64,000 nucleotides of DNA, taken from the human T2T-CHM13v2.0 reference genome, Homo sapiens. The stretch lies in the NCBI RefSeq assembly GCF_009914755.1, contig NC_060927.1; one strand, 5' to 3'. The notes under the pieces are model-generated. The model saw only the letters and a list, made by a program, of their open reading frames with translations. It searched no databases and was not told the DNA's origin. Made by a program: the position numbers and the translations under genes. Of the stretch, positions 38,597 through 56,083 are shown piece by piece. Numbering within the stretch: the first letter of the stretch is position 1; every line of letters begins with the position of its first letter.

Positions 38597-38599
38597 TAT

Positions 38600-40720
38600 T
38601 GAAAGTACATCTCTTATAGGTGGCATTTAAGTGCCTTTTAATTGGAGTTTTTATTCTATATTGAGATTTAATGCAATCATTGATATTCTTTGTATTCCTA
38701 GCATTTCATTAGCTTGTTCCATATGTTTTTTTCCCTTTTGCATCTTCTTTTGGATTATTTGAATAATTTTAAGAATTCTATTATAATTTATGTATCAGCT
38801 TTTAAGATATACTTCTTTGCATTATTTTTTGGTTATTACAGTAGGAATTATACATTCATAGCTTTTTATAGTCTACTTGGAGTTAGTATTGTTCCACTTC
38901 ACATGAAATGTAGATACTTTACAACTGTGATGAGTATATTTATAAACATACATCCTATTCTATTCTTTGTTACATTCATCATCTCTATTAAATCTTTATA
39001 TATCATGATTCCTTAAGACAGTGTTATGGTTTTTTCTTTAATCAATTATATTTTAAAGAAATCAATAGCAAAAATAGTCCTCAATATTTATCCATACATT
39101 TACTGGTTCCAGTGTTATTCATTTCTGTAGATTTAGGAGTGGAGTTTCCCCTTGGGAAAGTTCAGTATAAAAACTTTAGCATTTCTTTTAGTGTGAGTTT
39201 GGTGATGTCTCTCAGTTTTCTTTTTCTACAAATGCCCTATTTCACTTTCATTTCTTTAACAGTCTTTATTTCTAGATATAGAATTCTGGGATGATTTCTT
39301 TTCTAATACATTAAATATGTTATTCCATTGTGGTCTGGCCTCAGTTTCTGATGATCATGTGATATCAGTGATCATGTTCTGCTCTATGTGATTCATTGTT
39401 TTCCTCTGACTTTTTAAGATCTTTATTTTTTTATATTTAGTAGTTTGACTATGGTGTACCTATGCATTAATTCCTTTAGTCTGTTTGCGATTCATTGAGC
39501 TTATTATTGAATATATATTATGCATTTCTTGTAGTTTAGAATTTCTAAATTTACACCCTTCACCAATATTGGGAAATTGTCATTATTTCTACAAATATTT
39601 TTCTGCCTCATTCTCTCTTTGTCTTTTTCTCTCCTTTTCCAGCCCTCAGATTCTAATTATGTTAGATATTTTAAATTTTTTCCACAAGTCTTTGAGATTG
39701 TTTCTTTTTATTCTTTGTCTTTTCAGATGAAATTCTGTTGATCTTTCAAGTTCACCAACTCTTTCGTCATTTTTATTCTGCCATTAAGCTCATGCAGTGA
39801 TTTTTAAATTTCTCATACTGTGTTTCTGTTCTAAAATTTCCAAATAATTCTTTTTTATAATTTCTTTTGAGATTTCTTATTTTGTCATTTATTAAGGGCA
39901 TATCATTCTCTACCTCACTGAGTGTAGTTTTAGTTAACTCTTTTAAAGTATTTGTCTGATAATTCCAACATCTTATCATCTCAGGGTTGACATCTGTTGA
40001 CTGTCTTTTCCTCTGAGTCTGGGTAAGCTTTTCCTGGCTTATCAGATGTTGGTTAATTTTTTATTGTGTCCTAAACATTGTAAATGTTATAGAGAATCTA
40101 GATTCTTTTTTGTTGATCCTGAGAGTACTGGTGTTTTTGTTGTATAGTTGGTTAATTTGGCTAGACTGAAGCTATACACTGTTATGCCTATGGCAGGCAG
40201 TGGCTTAGATCTCAATTCATTTCTCTAAACCCCTTGAAAACAAACTGCTTTCAGTTTGCTCTGTGCATGCATAACTCAGAAATCAGCCAAAGACTTGATC
40301 TGCATTTAAACACAGAAGTCAGGGTCACCCTTATCAGGCTTTCTCCTTTTTAGTATTTTTTCTCCCCTCACTAGTGCCCTGGTTGCCTATAATCTTCTCC
40401 TGATTCCCTTGGCCAGAAAGGTGACTGGCTTTTTTCAGAGTTTTAGCAGATATGAAGACAGTAGATGTCCTTAGGGCAAAGTATCTAAAAAAATTTTTTA
40501 AACATCACTGGGGATGTGGTGGTACTTCATGGTAGTCACTTGCTCCATACTCCCTTCCAAAATCTGCCTGCCTTCATTCAGTCTTCAGAACTCTCATATG
40601 ATTGGTGTTTTGTATTTTGCCCAGAGTTTATAGCTGTCATTTATAGGAGGATCAATTTGCTAGACACTTACTCCTCCCTCTGGGGAGTGGAACTCCAATA
40701 CTATATTCCTCCTTGAGAGA
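38600..40720 (-). mobile_element. ancient L1M ORF1/5' region
   Basis: tatagaattctggg, ttgggaaattg.cattatttct.caaatatttttctgc, tttgtctgataattccaacatc. Confidence 0.65.
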
Positions 40721-41129
40721 ATGGGATGAAGTACAGTTGTGATCTGCAGAACCCTGGTATCTGGTACCCTATGGCTATAATATAGTCAATCTTTCATAAA
40801 ATTTATCTTTCCTGTTAATTTCTGATTGTAGAGATCAAAATATTCATTGCCTGACAGTCTGAGAGATGATTCATTTAAATGGGTGAACATTCTACCTTTA
40901 GGTAGTTTATCTTATGATGTAAGTCTTATACCTGTTACTCTCTCATGGTCATATATCTAAAATAGTACCTTAAAGGTTTAATATGTCTTAAAGAACAGAA
41001 TGCTGAACTTCATACTATACCGTACTCTGATGCCCTTAGCTCTCTTTCCAGCTAAGGCTCCATTTCTCTTTACTTTAGATGTATTTGGAGTCACGACTAG
41101 GTTAATTTTTTTTTTTTAACAAAACATGT

Positions 41130-41486
41130 CGATATGGTTTGGCTGTGTTCCCATGCAAATCTCATCTTGAATTGTAACTCCAACAGTTGCCATGTGTCAT
41201 GGGAGGAACCTGTGGGAGGTAATTGAATCATGGGGTGGGTCTTTCCCATGCTGTTCACCTGATGGTGATTAAATCTCGAGATCTGATGGTTTTAAAAACG
41301 GGAGTTTCCCTGCACAAGCTCTCTCTTTGCCTGCTGCCATCCATGTAAGATGTGACTTGCTCCTCCTTGCCTTCTGCCATGATTGTGAGGCTTCCCCAGC
41401 CATGTGGAACTGTAAGTCCATTAAACCTCTTTTTCTTCCCAGTCTCAGGTATGTCTTTATCAGCACCTTGAAAATGGACTAATACA
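41130..41486 (+). mobile_element. THE1 (B/C) solo LTR
   Basis: gatatggtttggctgtg...ggactaataca; 5-bp TSD catgt/catct. Confidence 0.95.
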
Positions 41487-41721
41487 CATCTATTTATATG
41501 TTTTATATTTTTGATCACCTTTAAGACTTGGGGAATTTTTTTTCCTTTTAAATGATAAAATATACATAGAGCAGAGTATGTAAATAATATAGGTACAGTT
41601 TAAAAAAATATAATGCAAACAGCTGTGTAACAACCACCTATATTAAGAAATAAAACATTAACAGTACTTTAGAAGTCTCCTGTGTTCCCCTTCCTACTGA
41701 AATGACCATTATCTTTATTTA

Positions 41722-41810
41722 AAATTTTTTTTTAATTCCATACGTTTTTGGGGAACAGGTGGTATTTGGTTACATGAGTTAGTTCTTTATTGGTGATTTG
41801 TGATATTTTG
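41722..41810 (-). mobile_element. L1PB 3'-end fragment
   Basis: ccata.gtttttggggaacaggtggtatttggttacatgagt. Confidence 0.8.
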
Positions 41811-43409
41811 ATTGTGGTCATAATCATTTCCTTGCTCTTTTTCTCTATAGTTTTCTTCCTATGTGAACACCTCATGAGGTTTTTATTCATTCCTTTCCAG
41901 AAATATTAGTCATGTATTACATGCCCGACATTGTTATAGGTTCTAGAGTTGCAACAGTTAATTAATATACACTATCTTTGCCTTCATGGACTTTACAGTT
42001 TACTGATAGAACTTTTGTAGTTAATTTCATTAAATTACCTCTCAGAGAACCTATAAGGAGATTTATTGAGTAGGGTCATATCTATGGAGCATAATCAAGT
42101 GTTTTTTCTTCTTCGTCTCATTGTTTTATTCATTAATCAAATAGTTTTTGAGTACTTAAAGGAATTGTGTTATGCCTTAGAAGACAGTCTTTAGAACTAT
42201 CAGAAATAGATTTCTGTTGTCAAAACTACCAGTTTATGGTATTTCATTACAGTAAACGCAGCTGACTAAGACACCTTAGAAAGAGAATGCAGCCTACCAG
42301 ACTGTTTAGGAACCAGTGTGAATTCATCTAAAGAAAAATGTGTCAGCCAGAGGAGTAATTTTTAAACAATTGAAACATAGAAAAAAGAAGGGAGAATCCT
42401 CTGGGATATTACTGGGAGTGGAACTGCTGGATTGTAGGGTATGTGCCTATTTAATTTTGCCAAATCACTCCCCCAAATTGCTGGCTAAGCTGTACTTTTA
42501 CCACGATTTTTGCAATTCTGGTGGATAGAATCACAGAGTCAAATGCTAGTGTTGTCTATCCAGATACTTTTTTACTGAAAGGGAGCCCTATTAATCTGGC
42601 CAACTACTAATTCCATTTTTAGGGCACATCTCTGCTGGTAAGTTAGGGTATGTATAGGGTATATATGGTAGGTGGGCAGGGTTTTAGGATCTAGGCAAGA
42701 GATAACTGATTTCAGGAGTCAGCTATGAAATGAAATAGAATTTAAGATTGGGTGAGAAAAAAGTAAAAGCTAGGTACTGTAGTAGAAACCAACTGTTCAT
42801 AATAATCATATCTAGTGGAGATTTCATGAGCCCCAGTTCATAGAAGAGAGGCATTTGTATAGCAGAGAGAGATCTGGTTTCAATACACTGTGGAGATGAA
42901 CACATCAGACCATCACACTGTGACTTCTTTATAAACATTTAAATGATACCAGATTCCCCTTGTTAAAGTTTATTCCAAATGAGTAAGATTTTGATGTTTT
43001 AACTCTCTGTGTACAGTGTTGGTAAGGCCAGTGCTAACATCTGGCTTTATTACTGTTTCTCACTGTATAGTGATAACTTGGCATATTGTTTTGTTTTGTT
43101 CATTACAGTTTCTTTTGGACCCCAAGTAAGGGTTGAAGTAATCATATTCCCTGGTTCATGGCACATTATTGTCATCAGTCAATTTAATGATCCTCTCTAA
43201 TCTTATTTGTATATGGCTGTTTTTCCCCTTTATTCCATATCCCATCTCCTGTTCTCCCACACATATATTAAGATAAGTACAGGCATGTATTCTAGTTTTT
43301 TTTTTGGATATGCAGTTATTTCCAAAAGATTTTATATATGTGTTTTAATTTATATAAAAGTTATTGAAACATATATTTCTCTACACAGAATAATGTTGTA
43401 TACATATTA

Positions 43410-43717
43410 TTTAATTTTATTATTATTATTATTTTTGAGATGGAGTCTCGCTCTGTTTCCCAGACTGGAATGCAGTGGCACGATCTCGGCTCACTGCAAC
43501 CTCTGCCTCCTGGGTTCAAGGGGTTATCCTGCCTCAGCCTCCTGAGTATCTGGGACTACAGGCATCTGCCACCACACCCGGCTAATTTTTATATTTTTAG
43601 TAGAGATGAGGTTTCACTATGTTGGCCAGGCTGGTCTCAAACTCCTCACCTCAGGTGATCTGCCCGACTCGGCCTCCCAAAGTGCTGGGATTATAGGGGT
43701 GAGCCACCGTACCCAGC
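43410..43717 (-). mobile_element. AluS
   Basis: dimer with (tta)n tail. Confidence 0.95.
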
Positions 43718-45499
43718 TTATTTTTTATTTTTACTTCTAGTTTGCCTCCAGTTTTTTGCTAGGATAAAAAGTTCTGAGATAAACATCCTTATAAATAAAT
43801 GTTTCCTCAAGGACCAGTGTGAGAGTTCCTCTGGGATATTACTGGGAGTGGAATTGCTGGATTGTAGGGTACATGCCTATTTAATTTTACCAAATCACTC
43901 TCCAAATTACTGGCTAAGCTGTACTTTTACCATGATTTTGGCAATTCTGGGGGCTATTAAGTGGCATCTTACTTTTTCCTTTGCATTTTTCTGATTAGTA
44001 GTATTGTTGATAATTGCTTTATTTGTTATTCAGATTTCTTTTTCTCTGAATTACTATTTGTTATCTTTTGTCTATTTTTCTTTTGGGTTTGTTTTTTCTT
44101 GATTTGTAGCAATTCCTTATAATTTTTTAGATCTCTCATTGTCAGTTTTGGCTGTTATATATATCTACTCCCAGTCTATCATGTCTGCTCTCTACCCGCA
44201 GTCTATCATCTGTCTGTTACCTTTGAGATTCTTTCATACTGCAGAAATTCTGAATAGAAATGTAATCACCCTCGGGTTTCTGCATTATAGCTTGTGCTTT
44301 GAGGTCTTTTTTTTTTTTTTTTTTTTTAACATATAAGACCTCATCTTATTTGTTTTCTCATTTCAAAGTGACAAAGATATTCCTACTACTTTTTATATTA
44401 TTAGCTCCATAATTTTACTTTTCACATTCATGTCTTTAAACCATCTGGGACTCACTGTCCAGATGGAAATTTGTAATCTCTACTTTTCTCAATATGATAA
44501 GCCAGTTTTCTCTATACCACCTACTAATCAATCTGTTTGTACTTCATTGACTTCTAATGCTGTCTCTACCAAATACCAGATTCCATGTGTGGTTTATTTC
44601 TAGGCTCTTCTTTTATTGTCTGAAATGTGCCAGTTTTTTTTTTTTAATCAAAATGGCTTTGTGATCTGTCTTAATATATGACAAGGCATATCTTACTACC
44701 GGCATACACCTCAGAGGTACTGTAAATGTGGTTCCAGATTACTACATCAAAGTGAATATTGCAATAAAGCAAGTCACATGAATATTTTGGTTTCCTAATG
44801 AATATAAAAATTATGCTGAAACTATACATACCTTAATTTTAAAATACTTTATTGCTAAAAAAATGCTAATTATCATCTGATCCTTCAGCCAGTCATGATC
44901 TTTTCTCTAGTGGAGGGTCTTGTCTAAGTATTGATGGCTGCTGACTGATCAGTGTGGTGATTACTGAAGGTTGGTGTGGCTGTGGCAATTTCTTAAGACA
45001 ACAAATTTGTTGCATCAATTGACTGTTCCTTTCATGAAAGATTTCTCTGTAGCTTGCAATGCTGTTTGATAGTATTTTACCCATAAACTTCTTTCTGAAT
45101 TGGAGTCAGGCTTCTCCAACCCTGCCACTACTTTATCAATAAAGTTTATGTAATATTCTAAATCTTTTGTTATAATTTCAATAATGTTCACAGCATCTTC
45201 ACCAGGAGTAGATTCTGTCTCAGGAAACCACTTCCTTTGCTCATCCATAAAATGCAACTCCTCATTTGTTCAAATTTTATCATGAGATTGTAGCAGTTGA
45301 GTTCTGTCTTCAGGGTCCACTTCTAATTATAGTTTTCTTGCTAATTCTACCATATCTGCAATCACTTTCACCATGGAAGCCTTGAACCACTTGAAGTCAT
45401 TCATGAGGGTTGGCATCAACATCTAAATTTCTGTTACTGCTGATATTCTGACTTCCTCCCATGAATCAGAATTGCTCTTAATGGCCTCTAGAATAGTGA

Positions 45500-45941
<442 letters not shown>

Positions 45942-46397
45942 CAAAATGTATTTCTTAAGTAATAAGACTTGAAAGTGGAAATTACTCCCTGATCTGTGGC
46001 CTGCAGAATAGATCTTGTGTTAACAGGCATGAAAACATGAATCTCCTTGTACATCTCCATCAAGATCTTAGGTAACTAGGTGTACTTTCAAAGAGCAGTA
46101 ATATTTTGAAAGGAATCTTTTTTTCTGAGCAATAGGTCTCAGCGGTGGGCTTGAAATATTCTAGTAAACTAGCTGTAAACAGATAGGCTGTCATTTAGCC
46201 TTTATTATTCCACTTAGGGAGCATAAGAAGAGTAGAATTAACATAATTCTTAAAAGCCCCAGGGTTTTTGGAAGGGTAAATGAACATTGCCTTCAACTTA
46301 AAGCCACTGGCTGCATTAACCTCTAACAAGAGAGCCAGCTTGTCCTTTGATGCTTTGAAATCAGGCACTGACTTCTCCCTAGCCATGAAAGCCCTAA

Positions 46398-49013
<2,616 letters not shown>

Positions 49014-51613
49014 AAAGCCCTAAATGGCATCTTCTTATCTTTTTTTAATAGAAGGCCGTTTTGTCTTTTCCAGTAGAAGGCTGTTTTGAAAATCTGTTGT
49101 TTCCTGTACCCATGTTCATCAGTGATCTTAGCTAGATCTTCTGAATAACTTGCTACAGCTTCTCCATCAGCACTTGCTGTTTCACCTTGCATTTTTATGT
49201 TGTGGAGATACCATCTTTCTTTAAACCTCATGAACCAACCTCTTTTAGCTTAGACTTTTCTTCAGCAGCTTCCCCACCTCTCTTCGCATTCATAGAATTA
49301 AGGAGAATTAGTGCCTTGTGCTAGATTTGGCTTTGGCATAAGGGAATATTGTGGTCATTTTGGTTGACTACCCAGACCACTCAAAAATTTTTTTTATATT
49401 AGTAATGAGACTGGTTTGCTGTCTTATCATTTTTGTGTTCACTGGAGTAGCACTTTTAATTTCCCCCAACAAACTTTTCCTTTGCATTCACAACTTGGTT
49501 GTTTGGTGCAAGGGGCCTTGCTTTTGGGCTGTCTCAGCTTTCAACATGCCTTTGCCACTAAGCTTAATCATTTCTAGCTTTTGATTTAAAGTGACAGATG
49601 CATGACTCTTGTTTTCCCCTTCAACACTTAGAGGCCCATTGTAGAGTTATTACTTGACCTAATTTTAGTATTATTTTGTCTCAGAGAATAGGGAGGACTG
49701 AGGAGAGGGAAAGAGATAGGGGAATGCCTGATTGGTGGAGCAGTGACAATACAGACATTTGCGATTAATTTCTCCATCTTATATGGGTGTGGTTTTTAAT
49801 GCCCCAGAACAATTACAATAGTAACATCAGAGATCACTGATCACACACAGTTCACCATAACAGACATAATAATAATGAAAACATTTGAAATATTGCAAGA
49901 ATTACCAGAATTCCAGAGACACAAAGTGAGTACATGCCCTTGGAACAATGGAGCTGATAGACTCACTTGGCACAGGGTTGCCTAGTTTTGCAATTTGTAA
50001 AAACCGTAATATCTGTGAAGCTCAATAAAGTGAAATGCAATAAAACGAGGTATGCCTGTATTTAGTAGGGCAGGTCTATTTTTATTTCTCATCTTTTGCA
50101 AAGTTGATGTAGCTATTCATGGTCTTAATTCATAGGATATCATACTTTTGTTTGTAGAATTTCTTTATTTAAAAAATGTCTTGGTATTTATAATGGAATA
50201 GCATTGAAATTAGGGATTAATTTTGAGATATTTCATTTATTTAAAATATCAAGTCATTCTTACCATGAGCATCTTATTTTATTGTCTTACATTTTTTAGG
50301 TTGTACTTTTTATTTTGAGATAATTATAGATTTCCAGGATGTTTAAGAAGCAGTACAGATGGGTAGCAGCTCTCCTGCTCATGGACCCTGACAGCAGGCC
50401 TGCAGCACTGTAGTTTTAGTATGCAATTGGAAGTAACATTGTTATCAGCTTAAAATAGACTGTCATAAGAAGTTTTACAAAAGCCTAATGGTAACCACAA
50501 AGAAAAAAACCTGTCATAGATTTTTAAAAGATATAGAAAAAAGAATGAAATTATATCACTACAAAAAATCATTAAATCACAAAGGAAGAGAGGAGGAGGG
50601 GAACAACATAAATACAAAACAGAGAAAGTAGTTAACAAACTGTTAATAGTAAGTCCTTAACTGCCAAGAATTATTTTAAATGTAAATACATTAAACTCAT
50701 TAAGCAAAACATGTAGAGTGACTGAATGGATTTTAAAAACAAGATCTAATTATATGTTGTTTGTAAGAGAGTCACTTTAGCTTTAGGAGACACATAGGCT
50801 AAAAGTGAAAGGATGGAAAAAATATTCCATAAAAATGGTAACCTAAAGAGAGCAAAGGTAGCTAGCTATATGTGTATCAGACAAAATAGATATTAAGGCA
50901 AAAACTGTTGTGAGAGACAGAGAAGGTTTTTGTATAATGATTGAATCAATTTAACAGGAAGATAGAACAATTATAAATATATATGCACTCATCATGATAC
51001 CTAAATATATAAAGCAAACATTGGCATATCTGAAGGGAGAAATAGCAATACAGTAATAGTAGGAGACTTCAGTTCCTCACTTTCAATAATGGATAGATCA
51101 GACAGAAAATCAATGAGACAGCAGTCCTGAACAACAGTATAGACCAAATGACCCAATAGACATACACAGAACATGCCACCCAATAGCAACAGAATCAGTA
51201 TTTTTCCAAGTTCATTCTCCAGGATAGATCACGTACTAGATCACAAAATAAGTCTTAACACACTTAAGAAGTTTGAAATCACTTTAAATATATTTTCTAA
51301 TAATAGTGGAATGAAAATAAAAGTTTACAAATACATGGAAATTAAACAACACTCTTGAATAGTTATTAGGTCAAAGAGCAAATTAAAAGAGAAATTAGAA
51401 AGTTTCTCAAGGCAAATGAAAATGAAAACAAAGCATACCAAAATGTATAGGATGCAGGAGAATCAGTACAAAGAGATAAATTTATAGTGATAAATATCTA
51501 CACTTTAAAAAGATCTTAAATAAACAGTCCAACTTTATTATGCCTCAAGAAGCTAGAAAAAGAAAACTAAGCCTAAAGTTAGAAGGAAGGAAAAATAAAA
51601 ATGAGAGCAGAGA

Positions 51614-51846
51614 CATAGGTGGGAATTGAACAATGAGAACACTTGGACACAGGATGGGGAACATCACACAGGGGCCTGTCATGAGGTTGGGGGAGGGGGA
51701 GGGATAGCATTAGGAGATATACCTAATGTAAATGATGAGTTAATGGGTGCAGCACACCAACATGGCACATGTATACATATGTAACAAACCTGCACGTTGT
51801 GCACATGTACCCTAGAACTTAAAGTATAATAAAAAATATATAAATA
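51614..51846 (+). mobile_element. short L1PA (about PA4) 3' end
   Basis: L1PA 3'UTR; ~22-bp TSD aaaataaaaat(g/t)agagcagaga. Confidence 0.93.
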
Positions 51847-53181
51847 AAAATAAAAATTAGAGCAGAGATAGAGAATGGAAAACAATAGAAAAAAATCAAA
51901 AAGATGGTTTTTTGAAAAGAAAAATAAAATCAACAAACAGGTAGACTAAGAAAAGAGAGAGAAGACTCATAAATAAATTCAGAACTGAAAGAAGAGACAT
52001 TACAGCTGATGCCACAGAAATGATGGACTATTATGAATAATTATATGCCAGTAAATTGACAACCTAGAAGAAATGGATAAATTACTAGAAATATACAACT
52101 TCACGAGGCTGATCAAGAAGAAGGATAAAGCCTGAACAGACCAATAACAAATAAGGAGATTGAATTAGTAATCAAAAATCTCCCAACAGAGGAAATCCCG
52201 GGACCAGATGGCTTAACAGCTGAATTATACCAGGCATTTAGAGAATTAATCCAATCCTTGTTAACGCTTATAAAAAAACAGAAGGAGGAGCACTTCCAAC
52301 TCATTTTATGAGGCCAGCATCACCATATTACCAAAGCGAGACAAAGACGCTAAAAGAAAAGATAACTTCAGGCCACTATTCCTAAGAACCTAGATGCAAA
52401 AACCCTCAAAAAAATATTCAGAAACTGAATTCAGCAGCACACCAAAAGGATCATACATCAAACCAGTAATCCTGGGATGCAAATATGGCTCAACATATAC
52501 AAATTAATTGATACAGTATACCACAATAGCAGAATTAAGGATAAAAATCATATGATCATCTCAATAGATGGGGGGAAAGCATTTGACAAAATCCAGCATC
52601 CTTTCATGATAAAAAAAAAAAACTTTCAACAAATTAAGTATACAATGAATGTACTTCAGCATAATAAAGGCTCCATGTATGACAGCCTCACAGCTTATAT
52701 CATACTCAGTGGTGAAAAGCTGATGGTTTTCTTCTAAGATTAGGAATAAGATAAGGATGCCTACCCTTGCCACTATTCAACATGGTACAGGTTGAATATC
52801 CCTTAGCTGAAATACTTGAGACTGCAAGTATTGTGGAATTTTTTGGACTTTGGAATATTTGCATATATGTAATGAGATATCTTGGAGATGGGACCCCAAG
52901 AAACTTTAGAATTTCTAAACATGAAATTCACTGATGTTTAGTATACACTTTATACACATAGCCTGAAGGTAACTTTGTATAATATTTTAAATAATTTCAT
53001 GCAGGAAACGAAGTTTGTTTACATCAAACCATCATGAAGCAAAGGTGCCATTATCTCAGCCATCCATGTGGGTAGTCTGTGATTGTTTGGCATCATCATC
53101 ATTCCTGACTGAATTTATATGCTAGCAATAAGCAATTATTTTCTTAAACTTACACGTAAGTACTTAACAGTAAAAACTATG

Positions 53182-53300
53182 GGAGGCTGAGGCAGGAGAA
53201 TGGTGTGAACCCAGGAGGCAGAGCTTGCAGTGAGCTGAGATCGTGCCACTGCACTCCAGCCTGAGCGACAGAGCGAGACTCCATCTCAAAAAAAAAAAAC
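53182..53300 (+). mobile_element. 5'-truncated AluY (right arm)
   Basis: ggagaatggtgtgaacccaggaggcagagcttgcagtgagc; TSD aactatg. Confidence 0.9.
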
Positions 53301-53469
53301 AACTATGACATGCCATTAATACAATGGAAAATAATGTGTTCAGGGTAACGAGCAGCACAGCAGTATCACCAGAATACCTGTATCAGCTTTTAAACAACAG
53401 CAACAACAAACAGTAGCAGGCTTTCGGTCTCTACTTACAATGCTGTGTTTTGATTAAAAGGTTACTGTA

Positions 53470-53782
53470 GGCTAGGCGCTGTGGCTCACGCCTGTAATCC
53501 CAGCACTTTGGGAGGCCAGGCAGGCAGATTCCTTGACCTCAGGAGGTCCAGACCAGCCTGGGCAACATGGCAAGACCTTGTCTTTACAAAAAATTCAAAA
53601 ATTAGCCAGGCATGGTGATGCATGCGTGTAGTCCCAGCTACTCAGAAAGTTGAGATGGGAGGATCGCTTGAGCCTGGGAGGTGGCGATTGCAGTGAGCTG
53701 AGATTGTACCACTGCACTCCTGCCTGGGTGAAAGAGTGAGACCGTGTCTCAGAAAGAAAGAAAGAAAGAAAGAAAGAAAAAG
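53470..53782 (+). mobile_element. AluJ with (GAAA)n tail
   Basis: dimer structure. Confidence 0.9.
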
Positions 53783-54217
53783 AAGATTACTTACAGTGTA
53801 TTTTAATTGTTTTGGTGAAAAGAAATATCAGGAGCAGTTGAGGGACCTGGAAGTTGGTCCTCTAGGGATCAGGAGGCATTATGCTGGTTCCTTTTTTAAA
53901 TGGCTAGCTAACTTTATGGGTCAGTTTTCTTTCGAGGGTACTAAATAAACTGTTCTGTACCAGTGTTTTGCCTGTGACCCATCATATGGGGTTAGGTGTG
54001 GAATTTTTCACTTGTAATGTCATATTGGTGCTCAAAATTTTAGAATTTTGGAGCATTTTGGATTTTTGGATTAGCGATGCTCAACCTGTACTGAAAGTCC
54101 TAGCCAGAACAAATAGACAAGAAAAAGAATAAAAGGCATTCACATAAGAAAGGAAGGAGAAAAATTATCTCTTGTTTTCAGAAAACATGACCTTATGTGT
54201 AGAAAGCCCTAATGGGT

Positions 54218-54218
<1 letters not shown>

Positions 54219-54252
<34 letters not shown>
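54219..54252. repeat. (CA)n microsatellite
   Basis: visible tract. Confidence 0.95.
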
Positions 54253-54255
<3 letters not shown>

Positions 54256-54527
54256 CAAAAAAACACTGTTAGAACTAATAAATGCATTTTGTAAAGTTGC
54301 AGGGTAGAAAATCAACACACAAATATCAGTTGCATGTCTGTGTACTGATAAAGAAATATTTGAAATTAAGAAAATCCCATTTACAATAGCATCAAAAAGA
54401 ATAAAATATTTAGGAGTGAAATTAACCAAGGAAATTGAAGATCCCTGCAATAAAAAAAATACAGCTTTGATGACAGAAATTTAAACAAATGGAAAGACAT
54501 TTCATGTTCATGGATTGAAAAAAATTA

Positions 54528-54790
54528 GCTGGGCGTGGTAGCTTATACCTGTAATCCCTGCTACTCAGGAGGCTGAGATGGGAGGATTGCTTGAGGCCAG
54601 GAGTTTGAGACCAGCCTGGGAAACACAGCTAGACCCTGTCTCTACCAAAAACAAAAACACAATTACCCGGACATTATTGTGCACACCTGTAGTCCTAGCT
54701 ACTCGGGAGGCAGAGGTGGGAGGATCACTTGACCTTAAGAGTTTGAGGCTACACTGTGCTGTGATTGCACCACTACACTCCAGTCCAGAT
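54528..54790 (+). mobile_element. AluJ, 3' end missing
   Basis: dimer ends at cactacactccagtc with no tail. Confidence 0.85.
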
Positions 54791-54879
54791 TACATAATAA
54801 TATTTTTATGTAGCTTAAAACCAATATTCTGTTCAGTAAACAGCAGGCCAGTTGATACATGAGATTTATAGAATTGTAG

Positions 54880-55308
54880 CACATTGGGGTTCTCCAAAGA
54901 AACAGAATCAATAAGATATATATAGATATATACATAAAAGGAGATTTAGTCTAGAAATTGACCCACACTTATAGAGGGCAAGAAGTCCCATGATCTGCTG
55001 TCTGCAAGTTGGAAAACCAGGAAGGCCGGTGGTATAATTCAGTCTGAGTCAGAACCTGAGAACTGAGAGACAAATGGAGGGCAGGAGAAGATGAATGTCT
55101 CAGCTCAGGCAGAGAGTGAATTGACCTTCCTCTGCCTTTTTATTCTTCTCAGGCCTTCAGCATGTTGTATAATACCCATCCATATTAGTTCTTCTTTACT
55201 CAGTCTGCTGGTTCAAATGCTGATCTCTTCCAGAGGTACCCAGAAAAAATATTTTACTAGATATTTGTGCATCCCTTAGCCCAGTCAAGTTAACATATTA
55301 ACCATCAC
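54880..55308 (-). mobile_element. MLT2 solo LTR
   Basis: gggttctcca.agaaacagaatcaata...ccagtcaagttaaca...taaccatcac. Confidence 0.85.
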
Positions 55309-55879
55309 GTATAGCATTATATGATTATAGATAACCACATATATTTTAATGAAAATTAAAAGTAAAAATGTTTTAATTTTTATTAAATTTTTAGCTTTAC
55401 ACTTTGTGATGTAACAGTTTGATGGCAGTTCATTGGTTTCAGGTCTAGGACTTAGTAATGCTCAATTTGTTTCACTTTTGAGAAAAAAAATTGTAAATAG
55501 TTTCTGTCTACCTTATTCAGAGTAACATGTTCTTCAAATGTAAAGGTTGGCTTAGTCAAGAGGGTACAGAATTTCTTTATATAAAGTTTTTAAAAATAGA
55601 TAAAACCAAACAATTTTTAAAGGGATATATAAGTAAATTTAAAGGAAGAAAAGGATACAAATTAAGAACATGGTTACCTGTAAGAAGTTGAAAAGGATTA
55701 TTATTTATTATTAGAGAGGTGCACGTAAGACTCAATGGCAAAGGCCAGATGTGGTGCCCTGGCAGGGGTGCCTTGGTCATTATTTGGAAACACAACTAGA
55801 AGACTTGTTGATGTTTGGGACCCAGGCTCAGAGCAGAGTGTCTTTTGGAGGCAAGGCAAGAAATGTGGTATGGTAATAG

Positions 55880-56078
55880 TCACAATCACAGAGCCCTTAC
55901 TAGGTACTAGGCACAGTTAACCCCTGTAATAATCCTTGGTAGTTGACCATATTCTTTTTTCTTTTTGTAAAGGGGTGAGCAAATTGAGGCACACAAGTAG
56001 TAAATTTGCCTAAGGTACTGTAGTTGGCAGAGTTGAGATAGAAAACCAACCATTCTGACTCTAAAGCCAATACCCTTT
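55880..56078. mobile_element. MIR fragment(s)
   Basis: aaattgaggcaca.aag..aatttgcctaaggt...gttggcagag...tctgactctaaagcc. Confidence 0.65.
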
Positions 56079-56083
56079 CCCAC

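Larger units (their letters stand above)
52788..54088. mobile_element. Tigger4/Zombi derivative containing two Alus
   Basis: TIRs ta-caggttgaatatccctta...gatgctcaacctg-ta; L1 resumes after it. Confidence 0.85.
50420..54525 (+). mobile_element. old L1M ORF2 (EN-RT) fragment with nested insertions
   Basis: SRIDHVLDHK, KNHMIISID..KAFDKIQHPFMIK, ggaccagatggc. Confidence 0.85.
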
